From Amphiscolops sp. MND2022 (lineage: Eukaryota), in NCBI GenBank assembly GCA_964187785.1, contig OZ076409.1, positions 80,788,001 through 80,852,000 of the forward strand: DNA of 64,000 nucleotides, written 5' to 3'. Shown here piece after piece: positions 33,239 through 47,200 of the stretch. The notes beneath the pieces are model-generated. The model saw only the letters and a list, made by a program, of their open reading frames with translations, ran no database searches and was not told the DNA's origin. Numbering within the stretch: the stretch's first letter is position 1; each line of letters starts with the position of its first letter. A program made the translations under genes and the position numbers.

Positions 33239-35635
33239 CCCTAGGTTACAAGAATCACAAATCATGCAAAATTCTTCCGAAATTCTTGCAAACTTTGCAT
33301 TTTTACAAGAATCTTACAAGTTTGTAAGAGAATTGCAATTTTTGCAAGATCGGTACATAGCACTATATTTCTTACAAGATTCTTGCAAAAATTTTGCAAA
33401 ATTTGCGTACTTCATACAAAAGTTCCTACAAAATTTGCATTTCTCATTTTTAAATATTTCGACCAAAAATTCGTTCAATTTTTTTCAGATCTGATTACGT
33501 ACCTTTATCTGAACTTTTAAATTTCCTAGCCTTTGCCAGGACGGGGATGCAATTTTTTTAGATCTGACTTCCTTAACATCTTTTTTTTAGAGAAGGGAAA
33601 TAAGATATCTTATTTCCTTAACATCCTATTTTTTAGAGAAGGGGAATAAGATCTAAAATGCATTGATTTTAGATTTTATTTCCTTTAGATCTTATTCCCG
33701 TTTTGAAAATTTAGATTTCTTAGTCTTTGCCAGGACGGGGATGCAGTTTTTTTTACATCTTATTTCCTTTAAATCATATTCCCGTTTTGAAATTTTAGAT
33801 TTCCTAGCCTTTGCCAGGACGGGGATGCAATTTTTTTAGATCCTGTTTCTTTAACAGCCTATTCTTTACAAGAAGGGAATAAGATATCTTATTTCATTAA
33901 CATCCTATTCTTTAGAGAAGGGGAATAGGATCTAAAATGCATTGATTTTAGATCTTATTTCCTTTAGATCTTATTCCCGTTTTGAAATTTTAGATTTCCT
34001 AGCCTTTGCCAGGACGGGGATGCAATTTCTTAGATCTTATTTCCTTAACATCCTTTTCTGTAGAGAAGGGGAATAAGATGTAAAATGCATTGATTTTAGA
34101 TCTTATTTCCTTTAGATCTTATTTCCGTTTTGAAATTTTAGATTTCCTAGCCTTTGCCAGGACGGGGATGCAATTTTTCAGATCTTATTTCCTTAACAAT
34201 CTATTGTTTAGAGAAGGGGAAGAAGATATCTTATTTCATTAACATCCTATTCTTTAGAGAAGGGAAATAAGATCTAAAACGCATTGATTTTAGATCTTAT
34301 TTCCTTTAGATATTTTTCCCGTTTTGAAATTTTAGATTTCCTAGCCTTTGCCAGGACGGGGATGCAATTTCTTCGATCTTATTTCCTTAAAATCCTATTC
34401 ATTAGAGAAGGGGAATAAGATATTTTATTTCCTTAACATCCTCTTCTTTAGAGAAGGGGAATAAGATATCTTATTTCCTTAACATCCTATTCTTTAGAGA
34501 AGGGGAATAAGATCTAAAATGCATTGATTTCAGATCTTATTTCCTTTAGATCACATTCCCGTTTTGAAATTTTAAATTTCCTAGCCTTTGCCTTGACGGG
34601 GATGCCTTTTTAACTGTGCTTTTCAATAAATTTTGCTCTCTGGTGGACCTGTTGGTTTTGGCTGTTTTTCAGTTTGTCAGTGGACGTTTGAAAGAGGTGT
34701 TCGAAGAAATGACGTGCTTTTCTTTCTTGGATCTCAATTCTGATCGAACATTCAAGTTTCTCTTTTTTATTGTTTAATCTTTCAGACGGTGCTCTTTATC
34801 CTATAATTGTTTGTTAATAGACCAGCCAGTATCGGCTGCTCCTCAGTTGCCTCCTATACCCCTCAAAGTTTTTCGAAAAAAATGACGTGCTTTTTTTCAT
34901 GAGTTTTATTTCTGATCGAACATTCAAGTTTGTGTTTTTAGTGTGTTTCATCTTTCAGACGGTTCTTTTCACTGGAATTGTTTGTTAATAGACCTGCCAG
35001 TTTTGACTATTGCTCAGTTGCGCTGTAGAACCCAAAAAGGATGCTCATGGAAGGAATGAAGGAGAATTGGCGTTTCTTGAAAAAGTAATAATTTTTTGAT
35101 GTATGATTAAATATGCTTGCTGGAATTGAAGATTTTTTCTGAAGCTGTTTTGGATTGAAATTTCAGAGTGGAAAAAGGTTTTTCATTGAGAAAAGTTCAG
35201 CTTGTGACTTGAATTTGAAGTGAAAAATGATCTAAAATATACAAAAATTCCGTTAATCTAAAGTATCCGAAAGTTCCAATAATTTAGGATCTAGATTCAC
35301 CGAAACATGTTCCAATGATTTGAGATCTGAATGCTCTAGATATAAGTTTCCGAGAAGGAAGGGTTGTTCATCTAAAATAGTTAGGCTTCAATATTGGGCA
35401 ATTGTAACATTTCCGCGTTCATCTGTTTTTTGCAGCTGTTGAGTTTTTGAGGCAGGAATGCAATTTTTGTCAGAAACTTGTAGGATCTATGCAATTTTTG
35501 TAAGATTCTGAGCAGAAAAATGCGAACCTTGCAAGATTTTTGCAAGAGTTAGTTTCCAAAAAAGCATTTTCTTACAAGATCTTACAAGAATTCTTGTAAG
35601 AATTTTGCAAGATTTGTGATTCTTGTAACCTAGGG
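33239..35635. mobile_element. Non-autonomous TA-flanked TIR element with an internal satellite
   Basis: TA|CCCTAGGTTACAAGAATCACAAATC ... GATTTGTGATTCTTGTAACCTAGGG|TA; (c)ttgcaag / ttacaag subterminal repeats. Confidence 0.9.
33520..34607. repeat. Composite (higher-order) tandem array
   Basis: Seven gcc(ag)gacggggatgc anchors spaced about 193, 85, 195, 148, 194 and 240 bp, i.e. 0-3 copies of a 46-bp sub-unit per repeat. Confidence 0.9.
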
Positions 35636-37135
35636 TATTACTACACGCAAATACTACATACAAATATGTAAAAATATTCATATAACATAACATATATCAG
35701 TGTTTAAAATAATAGTTTTAAAAAACCTCTAAAAACCCTATAAAGGCAAAAACACGCGTTTCAGTATTTGACAAAATGGTGGCATTTTCAGTTCAATTCA
35801 AGGCAATATGGTAGTTTACAATCTCCAACTAATTGAACATTGGACATAACATACATCAGATGAACAAGGTAAACGTTTTTTTTTCATCAAAAATCTAACA
35901 AAAGCCATATTTTCATTTCAACAGTGGTTATCAATTTGCGTTTCTTTTCTGAACTTTTGAAGTGGGTATGAACAATGCGTAACAAGACACATGCTTTCTT
36001 GATAACCGTTGCTTGTTTTTGAAGTATGAATACCCACGGAGATCATTAACAAATGATTTTGTTACTTAACATACTTTGTTCGGAGAAACATTCTTTCAGT
36101 GTTATTCAAAGTAAGTAGTGAAATTAAATGGAAGATGTAGAAATTGTCACACTCGAGTGTAAAAAAAATGTCGTAAGTACTTTCTTTCGGAACGGAACAT
36201 ATCTGGCTGCTCAGCGAGCGTCTTGCTCAATACAAACAATAGATTCCATTTGGGATGTAAACTGTATCAAATGGACCACTTGTGCTAAAAAGTGTTACAT
36301 GAAGTTATTTTTGCTGTACATCACCTCTGGAACAACCATGTTTTTAACTTTTTTTTCCAATCCACAAGAACTGACGAAAGTCTTTCTACAAAATTCTACA
36401 AAGTTTTAAAGTGTACTATTTGATCCAGGGAATTGAACTATACTAGTTACTCTTTTTTAGCTGAACAAACAACACCGGACGAAGTTAAAGGATCCCTACC
36501 ACTTTCGTTTTTTTTCTGCACTGTGAGATGATTTTTCCGAAAATTTTCATGGTTCTTTAAAGTGTGCCAGTTCGGTCCCTTTTGAGTTTTTTGGGTACTG
36601 TGGAAAAAAAATGGACACTTTGAAGTCCTTTTGATATATTGGAGCCAAAAGCGCGGCGCCAGTTTTTGCCGTTGCCGGGTTGTTCATTTATTATTCAATT
36701 CTCCAGCTCGTTTTTGTTACCTTTTTTTGTTGAAACGTTGATTCTTCGTTTTCCTAACAAAAAGAAAAATCTTAGTTGTGAAGCGGTAGTTCAAAATATT
36801 TTGTTCAAATATATTTTCTTTCCTAAGCGTTGCTGCGTTTAAATAATAATTTGGTGAAATGGAAAGTACTTTTCACTTGACATAGTGATCTGTGCGTGGT
36901 GACTGTTGCTAAGAAGCAGGTTCAACGTTTTGTATCCCACGTTGGATCACAAGTTTTCGTTAGGTTTGCAAAGCGGGTGTAACCAAGGGATTCCCCTTTT
37001 CGTTTTTTTTGGAACCGTACGAAATTTTTTTGGCGAACTTACCGTTCAACACAAATGGTATCTAACCACACACTTGTATCTAACCAATGCTGAAGTTCTG
37101 TACTTTGTTTCATAATGATATAAAGGGTGTCCGCT

Positions 37136-38624
37136 TGTCGCAGGCTGCCGCCTGCGATGGAAACTACTATCAAATCCCGGAAGACGGCAACAATACGAAT
37201 CCGATGCCAGGAGTACTCCCTATTTAGCTGAGTGGACGCAACGTCTACGTAGCCTTAAAGAATTACCCCACTAATTTTACAAAACAGTCACTATTATGAT
37301 TGATTGTATAAATTACATTTTGTGCTAATGTACTTGTGTTTAGAAGTATTTATGCGGATTAATGCAATGTAAATGATTAGTAAATTGATGCAAAGCTAAA
37401 GCAGTTAGATTATAAGCAACTTGCAGTGATAAAGGAAACGCGTTCAAGTATGGCAGTGCTAAGGCCAACTAGACGCGCAGTCCGTACATGTATTGACCAA
37501 TAGTATTAGAGCGCACTTATATTTACTGTAGCTCGTTGGACGACCGGTCCACTGAGGTATTATATATTGCTGACGTCACAGTGACCGATTACATTGCTGT
37601 ATTATTAATATAGCTTGCTTCATTAAAAATGCATGTAATATGTATGATCATGTGCTAGTAGCCCCCTTTCCATTTCAACGAGTAACCACCGTCACGACCT
37701 ACAGTCCCTGTCATGACGTCATGAAGTTTATTATTAGATAATGATGTAACTTAGGGTGCTACTATTTATAGTAACATGACTAGCAAAATAAGGCGTGTCA
37801 TGCAGGTGAAACTATATAAAGAAGGAACTGTGGACTGGAGGGACCAGAATTTCTGATACTTCCAAACGATACACATTGTGAAATACTAGTACAACTGTGA
37901 TTTGATATCTCTTACGCTTGTTTGGTTTTGTTCTGTTGATATTGATTTCTTCAATTCATTGTTAACTACACTCAACTTTCAATGCCTTCAACTCGTAAGC
38001 AAAAGGCGAAAGAGAGACGCTCCAGACAACTAGAAATGTTGTCTGATGTAGAAAACGTGGATATAATGTTAGGTAGTTATTCAAGAGAAGATGAAGATAA
38101 TAATGCTAGTGAGAATGAAGCCAACTTGGACTCAGGGTCTAGCCGGCCACAGCAAAGTTCAAATACTTTAGGAGAAGACTTCAGGTCTTTATTTAATGCG
38201 AACAGCCGGGAAAATAGTGAAATTACTATTGAAACTACTCGACTGATTAACGAGGAAATTTCCAACCAAATGTCAAGAAAACTGAATGAGATCAAGGATA
38301 GTTTGAGCAACCAGATTCAGGACGCAATTAGTAGTGCAATTACCGAACAAATACTTCCTTCCATCCAAAACACGTTACAAATTCAAGGGAAGTCAAAACG
38401 TAACACAATGGACCAGAGGTCCATTGAGCGACAGGAAAGGGTTAAGGTTACAGGTTCATTTTCAAGGGACAAAAGGTCCGCTGAGCGACAACGGAACCCC
38501 GAAGTAGATAATAGCCAAAATATCTGGGAAAATCGCCCAAGGAAGTGTTTCATGCAAGAAAATATTAGACAAATGTCTCGACAAGGTTCAATTGACTCAG
38601 TAGACATCGAACAAAATTACGACA
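37136..38624 (+). mobile_element. Solo-LTR-like element A (1489 bp) containing an ORF
   Basis: TGTCG...CGACA termini; perfect 5-bp TSD CCGCT (37131-35, 38625-29); TATATAAA at 37813. Confidence 0.85.
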
Positions 38625-38755
38625 CCGCTCAAGGGACATTATGTCCAGGGGACGTTACAAAAGGCGCCAATGCAGTCGAGGGAGAAATTTCCATTCAACT
38701 ATCTTTACCACTTCTCTGGCACGAAATCTGCGGATACACAAAACGACAACATTGA
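37982..38755 (+). CDS. Element-encoded protein A, function unknown (214 codons inside the element, then read-through into the flank)
   Basis: Intact 257-aa ORF homologous to ORF 55434 in the N-terminal motif and in a helical block (QIQDAISSAITEQILPSIQN). Confidence 0.7.
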   Translation: MPSTRKQKAKERRSRQLEMLSDVENVDIMLGSYSREDEDNNASENEANLDSGSSRPQQSSNTLGEDFRSLFNANSRENSEITIETTRLINEEISNQMSRKLNEIKDSLSNQIQDAISSAITEQILPSIQNTLQIQGKSKRNTMDQRSIERQERVKVTGSFSRDKRSAERQRNPEVDNSQNIWENRPRKCFMQENIRQMSRQGSIDSVDIEQNYDTAQGTLCPGDVTKGANAVEGEISIQLSLPLLWHEICGYTKRQH

Positions 38756-39801
38756 CAACATTGGTGACTATTATACTGATTCATTAGGACAGGCAATTTG
38801 ACATGCCAGAGGAGTTCCTAAATTTTATAATCAAAGACAAAAAATGACAACAGAAGAGAATAATATTTTTGGTAGATTTTTCCATTCGATTATTTACGTC
38901 TACCATTGCTAATATTGTTTGTTGATTGTTTTTTAAAGAATGCCCCACAAAATTTTACCAGCTTTTCACAATCTTTCTGGTTTCACTCTAGTGGCAAAAT
39001 ATGCGCTTTTACAGAACTAAACGAAAAAGAAACATATACAAGAGTTTTTGAAAACTTGAAACAACTTGATATCCATGAACCCTCCCGGATAATATCAGAT
39101 TTTGAAAATTCACTGATTATTAGCATCAAAAAAGTTACAAGAACAGTGCGTTGGTGGATATTGTACCTTCAAGGAGCCTCAATTTCTTTTGGCACTCCAG
39201 AATCAATCTTGATACTACGAAAAATCCAACAGGGACCAATATTGCAAATGAAGGCTGGCCTTACGGAATCCAGATTTTCTTTCAAGGTTCCCATACTTTA
39301 ATCAGGACGTTACTAACAAAGTTGAAGCGAGATGCAGCCTTGCATAAGTTCAATGTCCTCCAAGCTGCTAATGGTCACCAAAATACAAAACAAAACAAAT
39401 ACGAAAGATTTCATGGAAGACTAAAAAATTCTTTCAGCCCACCTGCCTTCTATGCATATCCAAACCTTAAGATGCATCAGCAAACTCAATTTATGAACTG
39501 AACACTATGTTGTTTATTTTTAGTTGTACTACTTCATCTTTGAAGCTATTTTTTTCAGTTCAAAATTTTGTGATAATGTGAGAGCAAAAAGTTTGTCAAC
39601 TGCAACCAGCATTAATATCACTCTAATGGTGAAGCGTAATTACTTCGGAATTGATTTCACAGTTATATTTTAATTATTGGGCGTAATCTCCCGGAACCGA
39701 ACTATAGAAACACGTTTTTGAATGAAACATCTATTTGAAGAAGAGTGCGCAGTCTCCGAATTTTCGACGTAATATGCAAGCTTTATTACGTGTATTCAAA
39801 T

Positions 39802-40285
39802 TGTCTGAGATTTTTCCAGGAAGATGTGTGCTTAGACTCTGACCAACGATGAACTTTTGAATTAGTATCGGTTCGTGTCAGAACTGATTCCAGGGAATTA
39901 ATTTTCTTGAAATGCCATTTCGGAACTTTTTGGAGATTTACATGAACATGTGGGAACTTTTTTAGTTTGATAGGCTATCCTCGTGACAAGTATTTCTCTC
40001 GACAAAAGGAGCAGCGACATTGTCATATTTTCGTAAATTTGGACGATACGTTTCTGAAAAAATAACAAGAACCTTGCGGTGTCAATTGCTTGACAAAGAA
40101 AACGTATTGGAAAACTTCAAACTAAAAAAGTTCCCACGTGTTCATGTAAATCTCCAAAAGGTTCCGAAATGGCATTTCAAGAAAATTAATTCCCTTGAAT
40201 CAGTTCTGGCACGAACCGATACTAATTCAAAAGTTCATCGTTGGTCAGAGTCTAAGCACACATCTTCCTGGAAAAATCTCAAACA
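39802..40285. repeat. Long inverted repeat: 169-bp arms, 146-bp spacer
   Basis: 39802-39970 versus 40117-40285, with about 5 mismatches counted by eye. Confidence 0.92.
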
Positions 40286-43200
40286 GCTGTTTGGATTAGA
40301 TTCTTCAATAAACTCTGTTTTCTATTCTGTCCCATCATACTAAAAAAAAAGAAAAAGTAGAAAAGCTCTGAATTTCCTCATGCATATTTAAAATAAACAA
40401 ACTTTTAAAATGACATAAAGAACAGTGTGCGCAGAAATGAGACAGATACAAATTATTACAAAAAATATTTAAAAGTGTAATCCTTCCAACATTTCTGACC
40501 AAATTGAGGATTGTTAAATTCATTCACAAACGTGCCAGTATAGTAACGTCTAATTTTTTCTTTCAAAATTTTCAATTGGTTCTATCTTATTTTGTAGTGT
40601 CTGTGGTAGGGTGTTCCATAAAAGAATTGCTCTCTTGAAGAAACTTTTGCGGATGAAATCACTCTTTGTCAACTATTCGATTAGACCTTGGTCGATAATT
40701 CTGTCAAAATAGTTTAATCAAAAGTATTGTTTTGTCACTACTACTTCTTGACTTACAGTAGAATTTCTCAGTTAATTAGGATTATTTTAAATTGAAGCGA
40801 GAGTTGCTTCCATCTGTAGACATTCCTCAATGTTTTTGGCACGCGTAAAAAATCACTTTGCCTAATTTTCGAATCACATTCGTTGTTAACCATTTAGTTA
40901 TTTTATGTTAATTTTTCAAGTCCAATAAATTCTCAGTCAATTTCATAGCACATGCTTACTTTGACGACTAGTCATGCCAAACCTCCAAGGAAATTTCTAT
41001 TATTTTTTTGACAGGATTTTTCAGATGAGTCACTCTGTGTATGAAACCAATATGGTTTAAATCAACTAGTGCTGGCAATGCAAGCACATGTGTAATGATA
41101 TCTAACAAAAATGAATTTTCTGTCGTACGCATCGATTGTCAAGACTTTTTTCCTTAAATAATAAGCACATTTTTTGACCATGTTCCTTCGTATACAAGCT
41201 AATATGGTGTCACAAGCCACTATCTATCTAGCCGTTGGCGCCAGCATTCAACAACGAATTTGAGCACCATTTGTGGCGCTTAACGTTTATTTTGGTGGTT
41301 TTGTTCATTCACGCCTTTGATGCTCAAAACTGTTTTCAATTTTGTACATTTGAAAATGAAGTTTTGCAATTAACAAGCTTTTATTGGTGCTTTATCAAAC
41401 AATTCATCAAAATGTCTACCAGTTTCTCTTTTCCAAGGTAAGAAAACTAAGGATACAAAAATTTTTAAGCCTTATTGAGCTTCAATTTATAAACACCTCT
41501 CCAAATGAAAACAAAAAGGGGACAATGCGTCGTATCCCCCCAAGCGGCCGCAGGGGGAAATAAGACACAAGGTTCAATTACCATTATGTCGACATCGTTC
41601 GCGTTAGAAGTTTGGTCCAATAAAATAATCAATGTTGACATAATCCTATCCATTACATTGACTGTCAGTTAAAAGTTGCTCATTAGATTTTATCACGGAA
41701 AAAAAATTGCGTTGAAATAGGGATCCAATTTATACGATTTTAGATTGTTCCAAGCGTGAATTTCTGCTATTTTGGACAATATCACCAAAAAATATGATAA
41801 TTTTTTGACTGAAGTGTCAAAACAGTTGTAGAGACAATCCTCTAAGCATTTACATTCATATAATATTATCTTATTAGTTAAGTATTTTTGTTCAAGAACA
41901 AAATGTGATTTCGTGTTGGGGGGTGGGGGGTGAACTCGCAACAAGGTGTACCTGGGGGGGGGGTGGGGAGTGGGGAAATTGAACACATGGTCCCAAAAAG
42001 GAATCATAATCCATTTAGTTCATTATTTTTGACAGTAGCAATTTTTGTTTTTTTTTGTTTTAATATGTACTGCTGGGCAAAACTGGAAATTTGATGATGA
42101 CTTGCAGAACCCAAGGCCCAATTCCCGGTTATATCTTCAGCCAAAAATGCTTAGGGTTTTCAAATAGACGATTGTATGGATTTTATCTCTATGCTACCCA
42201 AATTCACTATAAAGCACTATGATAACAAATTGACATTTGTATCGGCCATGCAATATTCCATTCTGATCACATCAAGATTTTTCCCCATTTTATGTAGTAT
42301 GCCATATTAAAATCAGATTAAAATCAGCTAGGACCAGAGGCATGGAACAAAAAGTGGAATTATCACGTGAAACCTTATCATGCGATTTCTATGACTGGCT
42401 AATGTTCTGAAAAAGATGATTCAAATGAAAATTTTGTTTGTTTCAACAGAAGACCCTGAAACACCGTCACAGCGAAAAATCTTAATATCTGAAAATTTAG
42501 TGACATCCATGAACGCACCTGAAGTTCAAACAACACAATTTCATTCGACATGAGATTTTGTTAAATCGAACAAACTTGAAATTTTCCAAACACAATAAAA
42601 AAGTGTAACGTGTTGATATTCGGAACCTCCAACTTTCATCAAAAATGGAATCCTTACTTAACCAATCTTTATCGCGAAATGTCTCTTTTGCAGATCTCCT
42701 CCTACGGTGCCTCAAGAAAATGTAACATTAAATAACCAGAAAAGTTTCATTGACCTATATCCAAAACAATAGCCATATTTAGTTCAAATAAAGAAAGTAA
42801 CAGTTGTACAAACCAAAGATCTATCGACATGATCAAACTCGCCAATCAGTAAAAAGTAACGTAATTTCAGAGACAATTGAATGAGAGATCATGAGAACAA
42901 TTGATTCAAGATTCAGGTGGAGGAAGTTCATGGTTCCTAAGCAATAATTGCCGAGAGTTGCAAAATAAAGAGACCAATCCATCGTTCCATGTATTTTGTG
43001 GAATTTTTTGGCGTCTACCGAAATTCATTGCTTTTGCGCGAAGTACATACGATAGACGGAACTATGTTAATCTCGTTTTTAGACCGTCGGAATAGTGAAA
43101 ACAGCTGAAAAGGCTGACCATAGCGAATTCCAATAAGGCTCATTAGGCAAACTTGATAATTACTTAGTAAACGAAACGCCTTAGGAAAAATTACCAAGTT

Positions 43201-44211
43201 AGTGAGTGACGTCAACATTGAAGTGATTGGAATTGACTAAGTCAGAGTAAATCTCTGAGAGCGAATTTTACTAAGTCCCACTTTTGGTCGAAAATATTCT
43301 AAGATACCACACTGAAAATCGTCACATTGCAAACGGAAAACGGTTTGGAAACGGTTTGGAAACCCCCCCAAACGGTTTTTCTCAAAGGCTATTTATCGTA
43401 GAGACTTGAAATTTGGCACACGTTTACCTGAGCTGTTATTCTACTCGTTTATGAAAACGGAACCGAGCCAAGACCCCCGCCCCCAGGCTATTAGCACCGG
43501 AAGTGACCTAGGTCGACCCCCCAAGAACTCGCCGGCTAAGCACGCAATAAGTCGTATTATACATGAAATTGGTAGCCCATAGGATAGTAAGCCGTTTGAG
43601 CAAATTTTCGGAACCCTACGACGCGCGTAGGAGAAGCACGGACGCTATGTAAATAAACCTCGAATGTTATGTAAATAGCTCCCAGTTGACCAGAGGATCA
43701 TGAAACTTGCCTAAGATGTTCACCTAGCCAACCTAAGTAATATACATGAAAGATATATTAATCGGTCCACCACGAGCGGCGTAATGTTTGTTTAAGGCAC
43801 GCGGAACCGGACGCGCGGACCCAACCGATAGAAGACTATTGACTTTGGCTTGTAATATCTCAAACGAACCGGAATGATCAATGTAGTCGATTTTTAATTT
43901 AAAGAAACCGTATTTCTAACCCATGCGAGGGTAACCGCCTTAAGTAAACAAATGATACGCATATCATGTAACTCGAAGACCATTGACCCTAGGATGATAT
44001 AACTTGGCATTTAGCAACTTTGGATGATGACAAATAACTTCGAGGTCACGAAAGGACCTCAAGGTCATTTTAGATGTAACCCCTGAACATATGGAACTGC
44101 TTGCGATAAAACATGTAAACAAGCGCCGTTTGTGTGAAAACTTATGCAATTCAATTAGGCGAGGAGATTCATGATGTGCGCACCTAGGATTTTATAAAAG
44201 TAGCCCTCACG

Positions 44212-47200
44212 TGTAGAGAACATGTAAATCATGTAGTTAAAGGTCATTAAACGATTGTCTCGATATTAAAAAGATCTCGGGTGACTTGAATTATCATTGA
44301 AATGTGGACTTCGGACAAGATGTGAATTACTTGTCGTTGGCGGCAAAGAATGTTAGCTAAAGTATAATTAGAAGCGGCCGACACGCAATAAAAGGAATAG
44401 TAAACATCAAGGGAAACTCATGCAAATTTAAGACGCCGACGCCCTGTATGCAGCGAAAATGTCAAGTATGATAGAAAATGAAGATGGAACCACCCAAAAC
44501 ACGTGTGACGAACAAACACATTTGATGCGGATTTGGAAAATACGGAATAGACAGAACCGAGTTAAGAAGCTGAGATCAAGTTGAGTCTCGCGGAGACAAG
44601 ACACTTGTTCGGATGAACGCTCGCGCTTCTCGAGAACGGAGTTAGAGAGCTACGAGCAGGTTGAGCCTTAAGACGAAGGCAAGAAACTTGCCTAAGCTAA
44701 ACAACTCGTTCGTCGATAGTTAGAGTCAGAAATTGTCCAAGTCTGGGACTTGATTTTGAGTATTCGACTGAATCGTGGACCTTGATTGCAGCCAGTTTTG
44801 TTATTTGGATCATTCATTATAAAGATACGATTTTTGGATATTGTTCGAAGTAATCATAATATTGCACTTCTCTTTTCTTAATTGATCGAGGCAAGCCGAA
44901 GAGCAATCATTGGAGAGAAAAAACAGCAGTAACATGAACCCAAAAACCCCTTATCTACCAAAACAACCTTTTTCTGTTAAGCTTCCAGTTGGAGGTAAAA
45001 CCCTCTCCCAACCCCCAACTTGGATTTTTTTTACAGTGGCGCTCCTGGGTGGGCAATTTTTGTAATTCTATTATCGCGTTCTTTTGAAACTGTTACAGGG
45101 ACTTGGCTGTTATCTCTTCACGCCACGATGAATCAAGACGAGTATCGAGACTTGTTGGAGGTGGCTATGCAGGCTGTCGGGCAAGTGTTGAATGATCAAC
45201 AGAACCGTGTCTTCCACAACGGTGCCCTCAGACCAGATAGATTCCCATCGAATGCGTATTCAAATTGGGTTCAGTTGAAGTCGCACTTCATCGCGGTGGC
45301 AGCGGCAAACAGATGGACCCAGGTTCAAGCCATCAACGCTCTACCAGTCTGTCCAAACGGCCACACGTTGGACGAGTTCCATGCAGCACTAGCGGCGTTA
45401 AAAGAAACCGCGGAAGGTGAGCCGGCCCCGTTCCTCCACAACTTATTTGAGCACTTGGACCGCGCCTTGGGGGTATTGAGGAACGACAGAATGGGAAGAA
45501 GTGAGTTCAAAGCTTTGGCGCAGAGAGAAGGTGAAAGCCTGAGGGACTTCGCGCGCAGAGTTCGGAGTGTGGGAACGCAAGTGTTTGCCAATCTGAACGC
45601 AGAGCAGCGGGACGGACGAGCAATTCTGCGAAAGGTTCATCGAGGGACTGTCAGACCCAGAGCTGCTTGTGGTTTTGCTGCGGGAGACACCAGGTCATTC
45701 ACAGACATTATTAACAGAGCAGTTGATCTGGAGACAATCGCCAGATCCATACGAAATAAATCCACGAAGCGAGTGGCAGCGCTCAGAAGGCGACCACCAG
45801 TAGCAGCAACCCCGAGATGACAGACATGAGGCAACAGATGAACGAAGTCGATCAAACCATGAATAACCTGACCAAATGGTGTCGAGATTCATGTCTTCCG
45901 TGCTTCCAATGCCGTACCCACAGGCGGCAACAACTCCCACTCAGGAAAAGATGCTCTTCAACCCGAATGAAGGCACCAAACCACTACGGAAGTAGTTTCA
46001 ACAACGAGGGTGGAAGCGGGAGCAAACAACAGTCATCGCGCCAGACCCTTGCTTGTTATGAGTGTGGCGAAGAGGGTCACTTTGCACGAGCATGCCCAAA
46101 GAAGTCGGAGTCTTTAAACTCGGAGGGGCCGGAAAACCAGTGAAAGAAGGGTTTGTCCCGGCCGATTTTAGAACTGAAAACTCCTGAAACATCCCATCCA
46201 TCGTCAGGGCGAAGACCGAAGCGATGGTAGAAAAAGCACGTCACCTAAACTCAAATGATTCAGACCCGGAAAACCCAAGTCCGACACCGGAGGGTGGGAC
46301 ACTCAGCGCCGTCACGAGAGTCAAGGTGGCTGGGAGAGAAGTAGACGCCCTGCTGGACACGGGGGCTTCAGTAAACTTAATAAACCTAAATGATCTATAC
46401 GAACTGGATTGTTTCCCGAAACTAGAGAGGTATGACGGACGCGTGGAGACAGCAGATGGGAGACAAATGGCCGTTGTCGGAGGTGCTTGAGTTAGAATAC
46501 TTGTGGGGGCCATTGACGAAGAAGTACACGTTTTAGTAATGCACGATGTGAACCCGACCATTATCCTTGGGCTCGCATTTATGAACAACCACAAGTCAAA
46601 CTTAGATTTCAATACCAAACAGTTCTGGACTAGACCAGGAGAAGGCTCCATCGTGGGTTTCCGAGTCGAGCAGATTCGCCGCATCCGAGGACTCAGAGCA
46701 ACGGAACCAGAGGAGCCAGCAAAAATCACAAACGCAGCCGAAATCAATGGAGAAGACTCGGAGAACAAGCCTGAACCTTCAGCGGGACAAGAAAAGACAC
46801 CGAGCCAGGAGTCAGATGTCACCGAAAATCAGGAAGCCAATCGTGTTAGGGTAGTCCAAGAACCCCGCGTTTAGACTACCCCAACGACAAACTTCCCCAC
46901 ACTGGAGCAAGACGTGGAGAAAATCTTGTCACTCTCCGCCGAAAACGTCACAGGTCGGGAGAGGGAAATCCTCAAAGCCTCAGTGACTGACTATAGAGAC
47001 GTCTTCGCACTCAATGACGACGAGTTAGGCTGCACAGACGTGACTGAGCACCACATTGAGAAACGAGTCAGGGACCCTTTCAAAATCCTCCACACCGAAT
47101 ATCTTCTGCAAAACTCCCGATTGTGTAGCAGGAGGTGGAAGACATGCTTAAACGAGGTGTCATCCAACATTCTAACAGCCCATACAGTGCTCCGATTGTG

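Larger units (their letters stand above)
37126..39698 (+). mobile_element. Decayed MULE/Mutator element interrupted by the LTR-like insertion
   Basis: ORF relics KETYTRVFENLKQ..PSRIISDFENSLI and TNIANEGW (MULE DFE and TNNxxEGWH motifs) at 38906-39501. Ends ggtgtccg..ggacatta / ggcgtaatctcccggaacc resemble the MITE at 53442. Confidence 0.65.

Noticed and set aside
33520..34607. CRISPR-like repeat-spacer appearance
   Set aside because: The intervening segments are themselves repeats, there are no cas genes, and the context is eukaryotic and inside a TIR element.
43300..44211. Repeat-like block upstream of the Gypsy LTR
   Set aside because: Could be more LTR or a separate element; I could not find termini or a TSD.
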